From assembly GCA_947447945.1 (NCBI GenBank), contig CANFLR010000001.1, positions 23,299-87,298 of the forward strand: DNA of 64,000 bases. The letters run 5' to 3'. The DNA comes from Burkholderiaceae bacterium. GTDB lineage: Bacteria; Pseudomonadota; Gammaproteobacteria; Burkholderiales; Burkholderiaceae. The notes under the pieces are model-generated. The model saw only the letters and a list, made by a program, of their open reading frames with translations, was not told where the DNA came from and made no database searches. A program made the translations under genes and the position numbers. This document shows positions 60,842 to 64,000 of the stretch, piece by piece (position 1 is the first letter of the stretch; the number at the start of each line of letters is the position of its first letter).

Positions 60842-61831
60842 ATGATGGATATCACCCAATCAAGCTCGATGCCAACCCCGCAAGCGCTCAGAGTTGCCAA
60901 GTTACAGCGTGTTCAGGATGCCCTATTTCATGGCATTACCCAATTCTTTGCAGTGTCTGTTCTTATTGCTTTGCTGGGTATCATTATTTCTTTGTTGATT
61001 AATGCATGGCCTGCTTTACATACCTTTGGTCCAGGCTTCTTCTTTACGCAAGAGTGGGATGTTGTCAATGGACAGTTTGGCGGCCTGATTGCTATTTATG
61101 GAACCTTGGCAACCTCGATCATTGCTCTGCTGATTGCTGTGCCATTGAGCTTCGGTATTGCTGTTTTTCTGACTGAGCTCTGTCCTAGCTATCTTCGTCG
61201 ACCTCTTGGAACTGCAGTTGAGCTTCTAGCCGCAGTGCCATCAATTATTTACGGTATGTTTGGGCTATTTATCTTTGCACCACTTTTTGCTGAATATGTT
61301 CAGCCTGTTTTAGCTGCTACTCTAGGAAAAATTCCGGGACTGGGAATTTTATTTTCTGGAGCCTTTAATGGCATTGGCATTTTGTGTGCTGGCTTGATTT
61401 TGGCAATGATGATTTTGCCCTTTATTGCTTCAGTGATGCGAGACGTATTTCAAATTGTTCCACCGGTTTTAAAAGAGTCTGCCTACGGCATTGGATGCAC
61501 TACCTGGGAAGTCGTTAAAAATGTGGTCCTGCCGTACACAAAAGCGGGTGTCATTGGTGGTGTGATGCTGGGTCTGGGTAGGGCGCTTGGCGAAACCATG
61601 GCAGTGACCTTTGTGATTGGTAATGCACATCGTTTATCCCCATCCTTATTTTCTCCAGGCACCTCGATTGCTTCAACCTTAGCAAATGAATTTGGTGAGG
61701 CGGAGGCGGGCAACCACCTTTCTTCTTTGTATGTGCTTGGTTTGGCATTGTTCATCATTACTTTTATTGTGTTGGCATGTGCTAAGTGGATGCTAAGCAA
61801 TATGGAGAAAAAGCAAGGACTCAAAACATGA
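60842..61831 (+). CDS. pstC: Phosphate ABC transporter permease PstC
   Basis: [19 protein letters not shown] and RALGETMA motifs. Confidence 0.95.
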   Translation: MMDITQSSSMPTPQALRVAKLQRVQDALFHGITQFFAVSVLIALLGIIISLLINAWPALHTFGPGFFFTQEWDVVNGQFGGLIAIYGTLATSIIALLIAVPLSFGIAVFLTELCPSYLRRPLGTAVELLAAVPSIIYGMFGLFIFAPLFAEYVQPVLAATLGKIPGLGILFSGAFNGIGILCAGLILAMMILPFIASVMRDVFQIVPPVLKESAYGIGCTTWEVVKNVVLPYTKAGVIGGVMLGLGRALGETMAVTFVIGNAHRLSPSLFSPGTSIASTLANEFGEAEAGNHLSSLYVLGLALFIITFIVLACAKWMLSNMEKKQGLKT

Positions 61832-62694
61832 GCAAGCTTTCTAATATGGATTCAGCACTTTTTTCCAGGAGAAAGCGTTCGAACAAGATTGGCTTAACGC
61901 TTTCCATGTCAGCAATGGTTTTGGGAATGATTTTTCTCTTTTGGATTCTGGGCGTACTGTTTTACAAAGGTTTTTCATCGATTGACTTATCCATCTTTAC
62001 CCATAGCACTCCCGCTCCTGGATCAGAAGGTGGGGGTCTTGCAAATGCGATTGTTGGAAGTCTAATGTTGGTTGGGACTTGTACACTCATTAGCACCCCT
62101 GTCGGTGTGCTAGCAGGCTTATATCTTTCGGAGTATGGTGACCGTAGTCGAATTGCCTCTGTCACTCGTTTTGTTACAGACATCATGCTCTCAGCACCGT
62201 CGATTGTTATTGGTTTGTTCGTATACGCTTTAGTAGTGGCGCAGTTACGTCATTTCTCTGGTTGGGCAGGTGCTATTGCTTTGGCTTTAATTGCTGTTCC
62301 GGTGGTAGTACGCACTACTGAAAACATGTTGCGTCTAGTTCCAGGTAGTTTGCGCGAAGCGGCTTATGCCTTGGGTGCGCCCAAATGGAAAGTGGCTTTC
62401 ATGATTACTTTGAGAGCAGCTCAATCGGGCGTAATGACTGGTATTTTGTTGGCCTTAGCGCGTATTAGTGGCGAAACGGCACCTCTGCTCTTTACGGCAC
62501 TGAATAATCAATTCTTTTCCACAAACATGAATGCACCTATGGCAAATCTACCGGTGGTGATTTTTCAATTTGCAATGAGTCCTTATGAGAACTGGGTTGA
62601 TCTTGCATGGGCTGGTGCGCTATTAATTACCATTGCAGTATTGGGCTTGAATATTTTGGCTCGAGTGATATTTCGAGAAAAGGTCCAAGGATGA
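61828..62694 (+). CDS. pstA: Phosphate ABC transporter permease PstA
   Basis: [16 protein letters not shown] and RISGETAP motifs; ATGA overlap with pstC. Confidence 0.95.
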   Translation: MSKLSNMDSALFSRRKRSNKIGLTLSMSAMVLGMIFLFWILGVLFYKGFSSIDLSIFTHSTPAPGSEGGGLANAIVGSLMLVGTCTLISTPVGVLAGLYLSEYGDRSRIASVTRFVTDIMLSAPSIVIGLFVYALVVAQLRHFSGWAGAIALALIAVPVVVRTTENMLRLVPGSLREAAYALGAPKWKVAFMITLRAAQSGVMTGILLALARISGETAPLLFTALNNQFFSTNMNAPMANLPVVIFQFAMSPYENWVDLAWAGALLITIAVLGLNILARVIFREKVQG

Positions 62695-63539
62695 TGGCTA
62701 ATATGAAAACAATGTTTGACTTAAATCAGATTGATAGTCACGGGGGCAGTATGAACTTAGTAGCCGATGATCAGCCAGTAGTGGCGAAAAATGCACTGGA
62801 AGTGCGTAACTTAAACTTTTTTTACGGTTCCTTTCAGGGCCTAAAAGAGATCAACTTAGACATTGAAGAGGGTAAGGTCACAGCCTTTATTGGACCCTCT
62901 GGTTGCGGTAAATCGACATTACTGCGCACCCTCAATCGGATGTATGACCTTTATCCTGGTCAGCGTGCTGAAGGTGAGATTAATTTTTATGGCCAAAATA
63001 TTTTGGAGCCAGGTCAGGACTTAAACTTACTGCGCTCAAGAATAGGGATGGTTTTTCAAAAGCCAACACCGTTCCCAATGTCTATTTATGAGAATATCGC
63101 TTTTGGTGTGCGCTTATATGAAAACCTTTCTCGCTCTGAAATGGATGAGCGTGTTGAGTGGGCCTTAAATAAAGCCGCTTTATGGACTGAGGCAAAAGAT
63201 AAGTTAAATCAAAGCGGCTTATCGCTCTCTGGCGGTCAGCAACAGCGACTCTGTATTGCCCGTGGCGTGGCAGTAAAGCCTTCCGTGATCTTGTTGGATG
63301 AGCCTACTTCAGCTCTAGACCCCATTTCTACGGGGAAAATCGAAGAGTTGATTAATGAACTTAAGCATGAATACACGATTGCTATCGTGACGCATAATAT
63401 GCAGCAAGCCGCTCGCGTCTCAGATTACACTGCCTATATGTATCTTGGAAGTTTGATTGAGTATGGTAAGACAGATGAAATTTTCATTAAGCCTAAGCGC
63501 AAAGAAACTGAAGATTACATTACCGGACGCTTTGGTTAA
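62691..63539 (+). CDS. pstB: Phosphate ABC transporter ATP-binding protein
   Basis: [28 protein letters not shown] and YITGRFG; ATGA overlap with pstA (start could be a downstream Met). Confidence 0.95.
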   Translation: MMANMKTMFDLNQIDSHGGSMNLVADDQPVVAKNALEVRNLNFFYGSFQGLKEINLDIEEGKVTAFIGPSGCGKSTLLRTLNRMYDLYPGQRAEGEINFYGQNILEPGQDLNLLRSRIGMVFQKPTPFPMSIYENIAFGVRLYENLSRSEMDERVEWALNKAALWTEAKDKLNQSGLSLSGGQQQRLCIARGVAVKPSVILLDEPTSALDPISTGKIEELINELKHEYTIAIVTHNMQQAARVSDYTAYMYLGSLIEYGKTDEIFIKPKRKETEDYITGRFG

Positions 63540-63551
63540 TTGGAGATAAGA

Positions 63552-64000
63552 ATGCCAGATAAACACCTTTCATCACAATTTGACGCTGATTTAAACGCGC
63601 TTTCTAGCCGCCTATTAGAGATGGGCGGCTTAGTTGAATCGCAGATTTCAAGCGCTATGCGTGCTTTTACGCAAATGGATTTAGAGACCTGCAATATTGT
63701 GATCGAGAATGAGAAGTTGGTAAATGATCTCGAAATTCAAATTGATAATGCTTGTATTGAAGTAATTGCACGCCGTCAACCTGCAGCCCGAGATCTGCGC
63801 TTAGTAATGGCCGTTTCAAAAGCCATTACCAATTTAGAGCGGGCTGGTGATGAGGCTGAGCGTGTTGCCAAGAGAACAAAGCGTCTGATTGAGTTTGGCG
63901 CTCCTCACAATATTAATGTTGCAGAAATTCGCTTGTCAGGTCAAATGGCCATTTCTCTGTTGCGCCGAAGCTTAGATGCTTTTGCACGCCTCGATACCGT
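63552..64000 (+). CDS. phoU: Phosphate signalling protein PhoU (runs off the window end)
   Basis: Hand translation MPDKHLSSQFD...RRQPAARDLR...LERAGD; GGAG RBS. Confidence 0.93.
   Translation, partial: MPDKHLSSQFDADLNALSSRLLEMGGLVESQISSAMRAFTQMDLETCNIVIENEKLVNDLEIQIDNACIEVIARRQPAARDLRLVMAVSKAITNLERAGDEAERVAKRTKRLIEFGAPHNINVAEIRLSGQMAISLLRRSLDAFARLDT

Noticed and set aside
724-62186. Numerous 60-136 aa ORFs antisense to or out of frame within recognised genes (e.g. 900-1310, 19875-20243, 38329-38694, 43304-43666, 56319-56663)
   Set aside because: Shadow ORFs overlapping well-supported genes, with no RBS or recognisable motifs
1-64000. CRISPR arrays, tRNA/rRNA genes, IS elements, integrases, prophage or defence genes
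   Set aside because: I saw no regularly spaced repeats, cloverleaf signatures, terminal inverted repeats or recombinase motifs; intergenic gaps are short. This was by eye only, so tRNAscan or Infernal would be decisive

Overview
A 64-kb bacterial chromosomal window from a Betaproteobacterium. It is most likely Polynucleobacter (Burkholderiaceae); this is inferred from protein style, the many Bug/TctC solute-binding proteins and gene order, and no search was run. The left ~37 kb is accessory and metabolic. It holds a cupin/esterase/Bug catabolic cluster, an Hc1-like small protein, selD-tlpA-Tat transglutaminase-rhlE, orphan tupA/modA, an FNR-box-preceded oxalate/formate-type MFS transporter and Fur-boxed feoAB. 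It also holds four FAH-family paralogs, a Tat-exported IorAB-type molybdoenzyme, and a convergent four-gene envelope operon of unknown function (2x DUF6644-like membrane proteins, a secreted GxW protein and a DUF6152-like HHS protein). Further along are mmsA, an old yellow enzyme, an amidase, a SprT-like protease, a tartrate/D-malate dehydrogenase and a TPR-GT41 glycosyltransferase. The right ~27 kb is core genome: dnaQ, an RND pump, rnhA, yafS, gloB, mltD, prpE, a structured carA leader RNA, carAB, greA, yhbY, rlmE, ftsH, folP, glmM and Pho-boxed pstSCAB-phoU. I saw no CRISPR array, tRNA/rRNA gene, transposase or integrase. The best candidate for an undescribed system is the 23992-26312 operon next to the periplasmic molybdoenzyme. 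Family and domain names come from recognising motifs, not from HMM runs.
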